Shown piece by piece: positions 7,676 through 16,400 of a stretch of 39,923 nt of DNA (positions are counted from its first letter, which is position 1; each line of letters opens with the position of its first letter). Location of the stretch: NCBI GenBank assembly GCA_035997465.1, contig DASYIO010000122.1, positions 1 through 39,923 on the forward strand, written 5' to 3'. The stretch is from Minisyncoccota bacterium. GTDB lineage: Bacteria; Patescibacteriota; Minisyncoccia; Phycocordibacterales; SBAW01. The notes under the pieces are model-generated. The model saw only the letters and a program-made list of their open reading frames with translations, had not been told where the DNA came from and made no database searches. The position numbers were made by a program, and so were the translations under genes.

Positions 7676-8341
7676 ATGAATCAGGTGCCCAAAGCGAGCC
7701 TTGCCTGGCTAGACTTTATTTTTGCGGTCGGATTGTTCAAAGTTGAGCAGGATTGGCTCCGGCGTCATACGGCGGAGCCGCGTCCCACTCCGCTGGCTGC
7801 CGATGATGTGGCGCTCGAATTCGGCCCCCATCGACTGTCCTCGCATGCGTTGTGGGCAGAGTTGGACGAGCGTGGTCAGGACCATTACTGGTTCCAGATC
7901 CTCAGGGTGTGGACCTTTGCTCATCAGTCGGGTGCGTTTCCGGAGTATCTCAACAAGGCAGTCCCGAGTCTCGGAGAAGGCAGGTCCAAGCACGTAAGCC
8001 GGGGTCTGGGGGCCCTGTTGAAAGAAAAAGCCCTTCGTAACTCGGACATGTCCAGCCGCTCGATCCTAACCTGGATCGAAAACAGCGGCGAGCATTTGTC
8101 TCGTTTTAGCCCTGACTTAGCGGAACGATTCTTCAACGTCACCGAGCAAAGGGGCTGGCGGTCTTGCCGAACTGATACGCTTGCACGCGACATCTATGTG
8201 TTGGCGATCGCTAACGGCCCCACTGCCATGCAATCCGATGTCTTTTGGGTCGGGTACGAAGGGTCGCTCGCGGGAGTGCGTCGTGACTGCCATCTGGGGC
8301 CCGAGCTCTCGCGCATCAAAAAGAGCGAAAAGGCTCAGTAG
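7676..8341 (+). CDS. Hypothetical protein (221 aa), no family recognised
   Basis: Long ORF with GGGAGAG 4 nt upstream of the ATG at 7676 (the listed start at 7613 is a TTG). A terminator follows. It lies between folA and the dCMP deaminase. Confidence 0.5.
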   Translation: MNQVPKASLAWLDFIFAVGLFKVEQDWLRRHTAEPRPTPLAADDVALEFGPHRLSSHALWAELDERGQDHYWFQILRVWTFAHQSGAFPEYLNKAVPSLGEGRSKHVSRGLGALLKEKALRNSDMSSRSILTWIENSGEHLSRFSPDLAERFFNVTEQRGWRSCRTDTLARDIYVLAIANGPTAMQSDVFWVGYEGSLAGVRRDCHLGPELSRIKKSEKAQ

Positions 8342-8388
8342 CAAGCTACTGAGCAAACTACGTAGGTGCGTACGTGCTTCACCTGCCG

Positions 8389-8420
8389 AAAAGGGCGTCC
8401 GCGAGGGCGCCCTTTTTCTT
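8389..8420 (+). terminator. Rho-independent terminator
   Basis: AAAAGGGCG-(10 nt loop)-CGCCCTTTT running into TTTTTCTTT. Confidence 0.6.
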
Positions 8421-8476
8421 TAGAGCTCTTTCTGTATACTCGCGTATGGATGTCCTCGGTTTGAAGGAATTAGATC

Positions 8477-9067
8477 ATGACCGAAGTTCTCGCTTGGGTA
8501 CCGGATACTGATCCGGACGTTCTGCGGCGCATGTTTCGCAGGAAGCTTGCTCCGGGCTATGCGCGCCCGAGTCACCTCGACACAATAGCCAAGCAGGCCA
8601 TCGTCATCGGTGAGCGCTCGACCTGTATGTGGTATGAGGTCGGTGCGGTCATCTTTTCGGGCAACATTGTGCTGTCGAGCGGCTACAACGGCGCTGCGGC
8701 CGGCGATGTTGACCCGCGTTACGCGGGGTGCGCGCGGGTAGTCGACGGCAAGCTCCAAGAGGGCAAGGGCCTGTGTCGCGGCTCGCACGCCGAGCTCAAC
8801 GCCATCGGTAACCTGTCGGCTGGCACCATGGGCCTTACGGACTTACAGATGATGGTCACTCTCCACCCTTGCTACAACTGTGCCAAGCAAATCCGCAACA
8901 AGGGCATCAAGCACCTCCACTACATCTGGGAGTACGGACGCGAGGAGGGTGTGACGAAGTACTTACAGGATGGCGGGGTACAGGTTGGGCGCTACACCTC
9001 GCAGCACCTTGAGGAGTGGATTTCGCACAATGGATACCACTCTGTGGGTGTGAACTCCACGCTCTGA
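8477..9067 (+). CDS. Deoxycytidylate (dCMP) deaminase, CDA zinc-binding family, with an N-terminal extension
   Basis: HAELNAI (H-A-E zinc/catalytic motif) and PCYNCAKQI (PCxxC), with GYNGAAAG upstream. AAGGAA lies 8 nt upstream of the ATG. Confidence 0.8.
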   Translation: MTEVLAWVPDTDPDVLRRMFRRKLAPGYARPSHLDTIAKQAIVIGERSTCMWYEVGAVIFSGNIVLSSGYNGAAAGDVDPRYAGCARVVDGKLQEGKGLCRGSHAELNAIGNLSAGTMGLTDLQMMVTLHPCYNCAKQIRNKGIKHLHYIWEYGREEGVTKYLQDGGVQVGRYTSQHLEEWISHNGYHSVGVNSTL

Positions 9068-9091
9068 TCCTGGGCTTTAGTCGAGCTCCTA

Positions 9092-9132
9092 CGGCCCGCG
9101 GTTGCTTCGGCAATCGCGGGCCGGATCTTTTT
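9092..9132 (+). terminator. Very stable hairpin plus T-run, 16 nt upstream of the glyA ATG
   Basis: CGGCCCGCG-G-TTGC-TTCG-GCAA-T-CGCGGGCCG (13 bp, UUCG loop) followed by GATCTTTTTGG. Confidence 0.65.
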
Positions 9133-9147
9133 GGTACACTTAGCCGC

Positions 9148-10446
9148 ATGTACGAATCCGTCGGCAAACAGGACAAAGAGGTATACGCCTCGCTTATGGG
9201 CGAGGAGGCACGCGAGCATGATGGCTTAGAGCTTATACCGTCTGAAAATTATGTTTCTAAGGCTGTGCGCGAAGCGTCGGGCTCTATTTTTACTAACAAA
9301 TACTCCGAAGGCTACCCGGGCCGCCGTTACTATGGCGGGCAAGAGTTTACCGACGAGGTCGAGCAAATCGCTATCGATCGCGCCAAAAAACTTTTTAACT
9401 GCGACCATGCCAATGTGCAGCCCTTGGGTGGTGCTAACGCCAACATCGCGGCGTACTTGGCGTGGCTAGAGCCGGGAGACACCATCATGGGCATGGACCT
9501 AAGCCACGGCGGACATTTAACGCACGGGCACCCCGTTACCTACATGGCCAAGCTGTTTAACTTTGTGCGCTACAAGATGAAAGACGTCGAGACGGGCGAG
9601 ATAGATTACGATGCTATGCGCGCGCTTGCAAAGGAGTCTAGGCCCAAAGTAATTATGGCAGGGTACTCAGCTTATAGTCGCGAGCTTGATTACGCAGCTA
9701 TAAAGTCGATAGCCGACGAAGTGGGCGCGGTTGCGATGGCCGACGTGGCCCACATTGCCGGGCTTATTGCCGGCGGCGTGCTCAAAAATCCTTTTGACTA
9801 CGGGTTTCAGGTCGTTACGACGACAACGCACAAAACTCTGCGCGGGCCGCGCGGCGGGCTTATCTTAAGCAAGGGCATAGTTGGCAATCCGCTCAAAGCT
9901 CCAGAGAAAACTATCGAAAATTTGCCCACGCTTATCGACCGGGCCGTTTTTCCGGGGCTCCAGGGCGGGCCGCACATGCACCAGGTGGCCGCCAAAGCTG
10001 TAGCGTTTGGCGAGGCTCTAAACCCAAAGTTTAAAGACTATGCCGCGCAGATACTTAAAAACGCCAAAGCGATGGAGTCGGTTTTTGCTAAGGCGGGCGT
10101 GAGGATGCTTGGCGGCGGCACCAGCAATCATCTTATTTTGGCCGATGTGTACGGCTCTTTGGGGGTAGAGGGCAAGGATGCCGAAGAGACTCTTAACAAG
10201 GTAGGTATTACGCTCAATAAAAATACCATCGCCGACGATATGCGCCCGCCGTTTAACCCCTCCGGCATACGCTTTGGCACGCCGGCTATTACAACGCGCG
10301 GATTTAAAGAGACCGAGTGCACACGCGTTGCCGAGCTTATGCTCGACGCACTTCAAAACAAAGGAGATGCGACAAAGCTCGACGCTATTTCTGCTGAAAT
10401 TAAAGCTTTGGCTCAAAAGTTCCCTATACCCGAATTTTTCATCTAA
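9148..10446 (+). CDS. glyA: Serine hydroxymethyltransferase
   Basis: LELIPSENYVS, YSEGYPGRRYYGG, DLSHGGHLTHG, VVTTTTHKTLRGPRGG (PLP lysine). The listed start at 9016 overlaps the deaminase and gives a non-homologous N-terminus, so I use the ATG at 9148 (MYESVGKQDKEVY...). Confidence 0.95.
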   Translation: MYESVGKQDKEVYASLMGEEAREHDGLELIPSENYVSKAVREASGSIFTNKYSEGYPGRRYYGGQEFTDEVEQIAIDRAKKLFNCDHANVQPLGGANANIAAYLAWLEPGDTIMGMDLSHGGHLTHGHPVTYMAKLFNFVRYKMKDVETGEIDYDAMRALAKESRPKVIMAGYSAYSRELDYAAIKSIADEVGAVAMADVAHIAGLIAGGVLKNPFDYGFQVVTTTTHKTLRGPRGGLILSKGIVGNPLKAPEKTIENLPTLIDRAVFPGLQGGPHMHQVAAKAVAFGEALNPKFKDYAAQILKNAKAMESVFAKAGVRMLGGGTSNHLILADVYGSLGVEGKDAEETLNKVGITLNKNTIADDMRPPFNPSGIRFGTPAITTRGFKETECTRVAELMLDALQNKGDATKLDAISAEIKALAQKFPIPEFFI

Positions 10447-10457
10447 GAGGGTACAAT

Positions 10458-11561
10458 GTGCCTATGGCGTTTCGGGATACTAAAATATTTAAGTGGTGGG
10501 AGAAGTACGAGCATCACTTGGGCGTGGGCGCGCTTGTTGTGGGCTTTGCCTTTGATGTTATTTTGGCCAAACGGCCCGACAGCCTGACCGACCACGTACT
10601 TCTTTTAACGTACCTCACCATAGCGGGAGCTATCATTATTTTGCTTAACCGTCGACAGATGCTCAAAAAAGAGCAGGCGCATTCGGCAGAGCCGCTGTTT
10701 TTGCTTTTGCTGCTACAGTTTTGCTTTGGAGGTTTGGCAAGCAACTTTTTGGTGCTCTACGGTAAGAGCGGGACCTTTACCGTCGATATTTTGTTTTTAG
10801 GATTTTTGGTGGCGCTGGTGTTTGGCAACGAGTATTTGCGCAACCGCTACGCGCAGCTGCGGTTTAATGTCGGCGTCTACTACCTTTTAATACTCACGTA
10901 CTGTGTTATTGCCGTGCCCGTGTTTATAACGCACACCATTGGCACATGGGTGTTTTTGCTCTCGGGCTTACTAAGCCTGGGCGTTACGGCCATATTTCTT
11001 ATCCTGCTATTTTCTATCGTGTTTCGCGGCAAAGAGACGTCTAAGTTGTTTGGTGTTGCAACACTCGTGCTCTCGATATTTCTTGTCTTTAACATTTTGT
11101 ACTTTCTCAACATTATCCCGCCGGTACCGCTGTCACTTAAAGACATAGGTGTCTATCACTCGCTGCTTAAGCGCTCGGACGGCAACTACGTGGCGCTGTA
11201 CGAGCCTAGTCCTTGGTGGCAAATATGGCGCGACACCAACGAGCGCTACACGCTGGGCGCGGGCGAAAGCGCGTTTTGTTTCTCCTCGGTGTTTGCGCCG
11301 ACCAACCTCACTGTGCCTATTTATCATCGGTGGGAGAAGTACGACGAAGCAGACAAGCAGTGGGACACTCAGGCGCTTGTAACATTCCCCATAGCGGGCG
11401 GGCGCGACCAGGGCTACCGCGGCTACTCGGTCAAGTCGGCACTGACGCCCGGCGAGTGGCGCTGTGATGTGGAGACCGAGCGGGGGGCCTTGATAGGCCG
11501 CAGCGATTTTACAGTTGTTAACGCAACCTCGACCCCGGCGCTTAGCCAGAGGACGCTGTAA
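10458..11561 (+). CDS. Polytopic membrane protein with a C-terminal DUF2914-like domain
   Basis: About 7 hydrophobic helices, then a soluble C-terminus (FCFSSVFAPTNLTVPIYHRWEKY...GYRGYSVKSALTPGEWRCDVETERGALIGRSDFTV). From memory this resembles the DUF2914 pattern. Confidence 0.6.
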   Translation: MPMAFRDTKIFKWWEKYEHHLGVGALVVGFAFDVILAKRPDSLTDHVLLLTYLTIAGAIIILLNRRQMLKKEQAHSAEPLFLLLLLQFCFGGLASNFLVLYGKSGTFTVDILFLGFLVALVFGNEYLRNRYAQLRFNVGVYYLLILTYCVIAVPVFITHTIGTWVFLLSGLLSLGVTAIFLILLFSIVFRGKETSKLFGVATLVLSIFLVFNILYFLNIIPPVPLSLKDIGVYHSLLKRSDGNYVALYEPSPWWQIWRDTNERYTLGAGESAFCFSSVFAPTNLTVPIYHRWEKYDEADKQWDTQALVTFPIAGGRDQGYRGYSVKSALTPGEWRCDVETERGALIGRSDFTVVNATSTPALSQRTL

Positions 11562-11647
11562 GTGATATGCAAGCATATCACCTGCACTCGCTCGAAATCA
11601 AAAGTTAACTTTTGTTTACTCGCTCGCTTGGTGATAAATTAGACTAC

Positions 11648-12262
11648 ATGCAAGGCAAGATCCATAAGGCGGTCGCAGATGCGCTCAAGAGCCTCGGGGC
11701 AGGCGAGGCAGCATTTGTTGTCGAGCGCCCGCGCAGCATGGAGCACGGCGACTATGCCACCAACGCCGCCTTGGTGGCTAAAGTAGACGCGCAAACTTTG
11801 GCCGACAAGCTCAAAATAGATGGTGTTGAAAAAGTAGAGGTAGTGGGCAAGTTTATAAACTTTTATCTTTCGCGCCAAGAACTTGTCCCTAAAGAGCAAA
11901 ACATCCCACAGTTGTATGCTGGCAAAAAAGTGATGGTTGAGTATACCGACCCCAACCCGTTTAAAGAGTTCCACATCGGACACTTAATGAGCAATACAAT
12001 AGGGGAGGCAATCGCGCGACTTTTTGAAACATCGGGGGCCGATACGGTGCGCGCTAATTATCAAGGAGATGTAGGCGCACACGTGGCGAAAGCTATCTGG
12101 GGTAAACAACAAAAGCTTGATGCGTTGTGGGGCGAAGCGTATGTGTACGGCTCTGACCAATACGAGGCTCATAAAGATGAAATAGATACTCTTAACAAAA
12201 CGATTTACGAAAAGAGTGACGTTGCGGTAAACACCTTATATGACGAGGGGCGCGCACAGTAG
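11648..12262 (+). CDS. argS: Arginine--tRNA ligase, N-terminal part (ends at an in-frame TAG; possible pseudogene or read-through)
   Basis: N-terminal anticodon-accessory region, then VEYTDPNPFKEFHIGHLMSNTIGEA (HIGH motif). Ends at the TAG at 12260-12262 in the same frame as the next fragment. Confidence 0.8.
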   Translation: MQGKIHKAVADALKSLGAGEAAFVVERPRSMEHGDYATNAALVAKVDAQTLADKLKIDGVEKVEVVGKFINFYLSRQELVPKEQNIPQLYAGKKVMVEYTDPNPFKEFHIGHLMSNTIGEAIARLFETSGADTVRANYQGDVGAHVAKAIWGKQQKLDALWGEAYVYGSDQYEAHKDEIDTLNKTIYEKSDVAVNTLYDEGRAQ

Positions 12263-13228
12263 CTTGAGCGTTTTGAAGAGATTTATAAAAAACTCGGCAC
12301 AAAGTTTGAGTATTATTTTTTTGAAAGTCAGGTCGGGCCCATTGGTTTAGAGTTGGTTAAAAAGCATCCCGAAGTCTTTACCGAAAGCGAAGGCGCCATC
12401 GTCTTTAAGGGAGAGGACGTCGGTCTGCATACGCGGGTATTTGTTAACAGCAAGGGCTTACCTACCTACGAGGCTAAAGAGTTGGGGCTGGTTGAAGCAA
12501 AAAAAGAAAAAGGTAATTTTGACCTATCGCTTACTGTGACCGCCAACGAAATAAGCGAGTATTTTAAGGTTGTGCGTGCAGCGGCTGAAAGAATATTTCC
12601 TGACCTTGAGGGCAAAATGCAGGCGCGCTTCCATGGCTTCCTTAAGCTCACCACGGGCAAAATGTCTTCGCGCAAAGGCAATGTTATTACCGGCGAGTCT
12701 TTGCTTGCCGACTTGACCGAAGCTGCTAAAGGCAAAATGGAGGGTAGGGAGTTGAAGGATGTCAACAAGACCGCCGAGCAGATTGCAGTGGGCGCAATTA
12801 AATACGCCGTACTTAAACAGGGGAGCGGGCGCGACATCATCTTTGACCCCGAAAAGTCTTTGTCGCTCGAGGGCGACTCGGGTCCGTACTTGCAATACGC
12901 GCGTGTACGCGCCTTATCGTTATTGGAAAAGGCCAAAGAGGCCGGCGTTGCGGCTGGCACAGACGATGCGCCCGCAGAGGCGAGCGCGCTTGAGCGCGTG
13001 CTCGTGCACTACTCTGAAGCTGTTGAGCGGGCGGCAAAAGAAATGGAGCCGCACTATGTTACGACCTATTTAACCGAGCTGGCATCGGCCTTTAACTCCT
13101 GGTACGCAGGCGGCAAAGTCATAGGCGGAACAAGTCCGCACTACGGTGTCTTTTTGGTAGAGGCGTTTGAAAAAACAATGTCCCAGGGTCTGCAGGTCTT
13201 GGGCATCCCCGCACCCGAGGAGATGTAG
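12263..13228 (+). CDS. argS: Arginine--tRNA ligase, C-terminal part (same frame as 11648..12262, continues directly after the TAG)
   Basis: The translation right after the TAG (LERFEEIYKKLGTKFEYYFFESQV...) continues ArgRS homology. It includes TGKMSSRKGNVI (KMSK-like), the DALR-type anticodon-binding end, and the terminal M typical of ArgRS. The listed ORF 12353..13228 starts at a TTG with no SD. Confidence 0.8.
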   Translation, partial: LERFEEIYKKLGTKFEYYFFESQVGPIGLELVKKHPEVFTESEGAIVFKGEDVGLHTRVFVNSKGLPTYEAKELGLVEAKKEKGNFDLSLTVTANEISEYFKVVRAAAERIFPDLEGKMQARFHGFLKLTTGKMSSRKGNVITGESLLADLTEAAKGKMEGRELKDVNKTAEQIAVGAIKYAVLKQGSGRDIIFDPEKSLSLEGDSGPYLQYARVRALSLLEKAKEAGVAAGTDDAPAEASALERVLVHYSEAVERAAKEMEPHYVTTYLTELASAFNSWYAGGKVIGGTSPHYGVFLVEAFEKTMSQGLQVLGIPAPEEM

Positions 13229-13237
13229 AATGGTTGT

Positions 13238-13432
13238 ATGGAATATCTACATCCGCTCGGTATCCTCCTGACGCTGGCTGGAGCTCTCGTTGCTTCTCTT
13301 AGCATAGTCAACCCCACTCGGATTGTCCCAAAGGGCAAGAATTTTAGTTCTCAAACCAAAAAATGCTTACTGATCATCGGGGTTTTAATGATTGCCGTTG
13401 GTCTTGCGCTTGCGCTATTTGCCGCCCGGTAG
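13238..13432 (+). CDS. Hypothetical small membrane protein (64 aa, two TM segments)
   Basis: Two clear hydrophobic helices in a tight slot between argS and ileS. No homology recognised. Confidence 0.35.
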   Translation: MEYLHPLGILLTLAGALVASLSIVNPTRIVPKGKNFSSQTKKCLLIIGVLMIAVGLALALFAAR

Positions 13433-13473
13433 GCTTTGTTTTAGGCCATTAAAACCGCTATAGTTAAGAAGTT

Positions 13474-16400
13474 ATGGACGACCCGAAGCAGGGGGGCGAG
13501 GTTAATGCTCCTAAAGTCAAAAGCGAGACTGTTTTGCGCGAGGAAGAGATCCTCGCCTTTTGGAAGCAGGACAAAACTTTTGAAAAGTCTCTTACAAAGT
13601 CCGCGCCCAAGGGAGAGTTTATCTTTTACGACGGCCCACCGTTTGCCACTGGCCTGCCGCACTCGGGCTCTCTTCTTTCCTCCGTCATTAAAGACGTAGT
13701 GCCGCGCTACAAGACCATGCGCGGCTACCGCGTGCCGCGTGTGTGGGGCTGGGACACGCACGGGCTCCCCATCGAGAACATGGTCGAGAAGGCGCTTGGT
13801 CTTAAGACAAAAAAAGAGATACTCGATATCGGCATCGGCGCCTTCAACGAAAAGGCGCGCTCGATGGTGCTCCAGTATGTAGATGATTGGGAGAAGTATA
13901 TCGACCGGGTCGGCCGCTGGGTCGACTTTAAGAACTCGTACAAGACGATGGACAACTCCTACATCGAGTCTGTCTGGTGGGCGCTTAAGCGACTAGATCA
14001 AAAAAAGCTTTTGTACGAAGGTCGCAAGGTTTTGATGTACTGTCCTCATTGCGAAACGCCTTTGGCTAAGGCCGAGATAGCGGCCGACAATACGTACAAA
14101 GACATCACCGAAGAGGCGGTGACTGTGCGTTTTAAGGTCAAAGATCCGCACAAGCACAAACTGCCCGACAATACCTACCTGTTGGCCTGGACCACCACGC
14201 CTTGGACGCTGCCCGGCAACGTGGGGTTGGCGGTCGGCCCTGACATGCGCTATGCGGTGGTGCAAGAGGGGAGTGTGCACTATATCGAGCAAGAAGACGG
14301 TGGTGATATAAAGGGGAGCGACTTGGTCGGCATCGAGTATGAACCGTTGTTTGATGTCCCGGCGCTGCACTCTGCGCGCTCCTACAAAGTATGGGCGGCC
14401 GGCTTTGTTGTGGCAGGCGAGGGCACGGGTATTGTGCACACGGCGGTAATGTACGGCGAAGACGACTTTGCACTGGGTATGCGCGAAAAGTTGCCCATGG
14501 TGCAGATGCTCGAGCCCAACGGCCATTACAACAATGTGGCCCCCGAGTTTGTGCGCGGCAAATATATCAAGCAGGCCGAGAAGCCCATTAAAGAGTATTT
14601 AGAGACACATCATTTGTTGCACGGTCGTGCTATGCATACGCATTCGTACCCGCATTGCTGGCGTTGCGGCACCGCGCTTATATACAACGCGGTTGCGTCG
14701 TGGTTTTTAAATATCCAAAAAGTTAAGGCAAAGATGCTGAGCGAAAACGAAAAGGTGTCGTGGTTTCCCGAGCACCTAAAGCACGGGCGCTTCCGCAACA
14801 TTGTCGAAAACGCCCCCGACTGGACGATATCGCGCAATCGCTTTTGGGCCTCGCCCCTGCCGATATGGAAGGAGAAAGGCGGCAATAAGCTTATGGTCGT
14901 AGGCTCGGTTGATGAGCTCTTGGCCAAGACCAAGCGCTCCGGCAATCGCTACTTTGTGATGCGGCACGGCGAGGCGAAGAGCAATGTGAATGGAGTTTTT
15001 GATTTGAACGGAGACCCAAACAATCATCTGACAGACAAAGGCAAGCATCAGGTCATACATACTGCCGCGGATTTGCGCAAAGAAAAGATAGACATGGTCA
15101 TAGCGTCTCCGTTTGTTCGTACGCACGAAACAGCAAAGATCGTAATCAAGGAGCTAGGATTGTCTGACTCAGCGCTCATGACAGACGAGCGCCTGCATGA
15201 ATATAACGAACAATCTTTACTGGAGGTCCGCCGTCGGGTAGGAGAGCTTCTGTTTGAGATAGAGCGTCGTTACACGGGGAAAAACGTACTCCTCGTTTCG
15301 CATGGCAACCCGCTGTGGAATTTAATCCATGTGGCAAAACGTATACCATCCGAAAACTTTGCAGATAAAGAAATGCCAAAACTTGCCGAAGTGCGAGAGC
15401 TGCCGTTCGTACTCTTTCCTCACACCAAAGACTACGAGCTCGATTTGCACCGCCCCTACATAGACGATGTGGTGTTAATAGACGGCAAGGGCGGCAAGTA
15501 TGAGCGCATCCCCGAGGTGCTGGACTGCTGGGTCGAGTCGGGCGCTATGCCCTTTGCCCAGGCGAACTACCCGCGCGACAAAAGCAGGGTAAACCCTGGA
15601 AGATTTTTCGGCCTCTTTCCCAAAGGCTACCCTGGCGACTTTATCGCCGAGTACATCGCGCAAACACGCACGTGGTTTTATTACATGCATGCGATGGGTG
15701 TGCTGTTGTTTGGCAGGCAGGCGTTTAAGTCGGTAGTGTCGACCGGCACCATACTTGCGGCCGATGGCAGCAAAATGAGCAAGTCTAAGGGCAATTACAC
15801 CGACCCATGGGAGCTAATGGAGAAGTGGGGTGCCGATCCGTTTCGCTTTTACCTTATGAGTTCGGTTGTGATGCAGGGTGAGGATCTTAACTTTAAAGAC
15901 GATGATGTACGCGAGTCGCATAATCGTGTCGTTGGTACGCTATGGAACTCGTTTAAATTTTTTGAGCTCTACAAAGACAAACTTGGCGGGACGGTTCATG
16001 CCAACAGCCCACATCCGCTCGACAGGTGGGTGATGTCGCTTCTTAATAAAACCACTATCGAGGTTACCGCTGCGTTTGAGGCGTACGATATGCCGCGCGT
16101 GGCGCGGGCCTTGCGCGCCTTTATTGAGGACTACTCGCTGTGGTATGTGCGCCGCTCGCGCGAGCGCGCTAGGGCTGAGAGTACCGATCAACAAGCAACT
16201 CTTGCGACTCAGTGGCATGTACTTGCGACGGTTGCAAAACTGATAGCGCCCATCATGCCGTTTTTGGCCGAGAGTATTTACAAAGGACTGGGCGAGCAAG
16301 CAAGTGTGCACTTAAGCGCGTGGCCCGGTGCCGGTAGCGTGGACGAGCATCTGCTTGCCGACATGCAGACTGTCCGAGAGCTTGCATCTAAAGGCCTAGA

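Noticed and set aside
7676-8341. Interpreting the unknown protein as ThyX because of LRRHTAEP
   Set aside because: The ThyX signature is RHRxxS followed by further conserved Ser/Arg residues. Only RH matches, and the rest of the protein shows no ThyX or ThyA motifs.
9016-9147. Upstream start for glyA as listed in the ORF track
   Set aside because: The extra 44 residues overlap the deaminase 3' end and its terminator hairpin, and they have no SHMT homology. Homology begins at the ATG at 9148.
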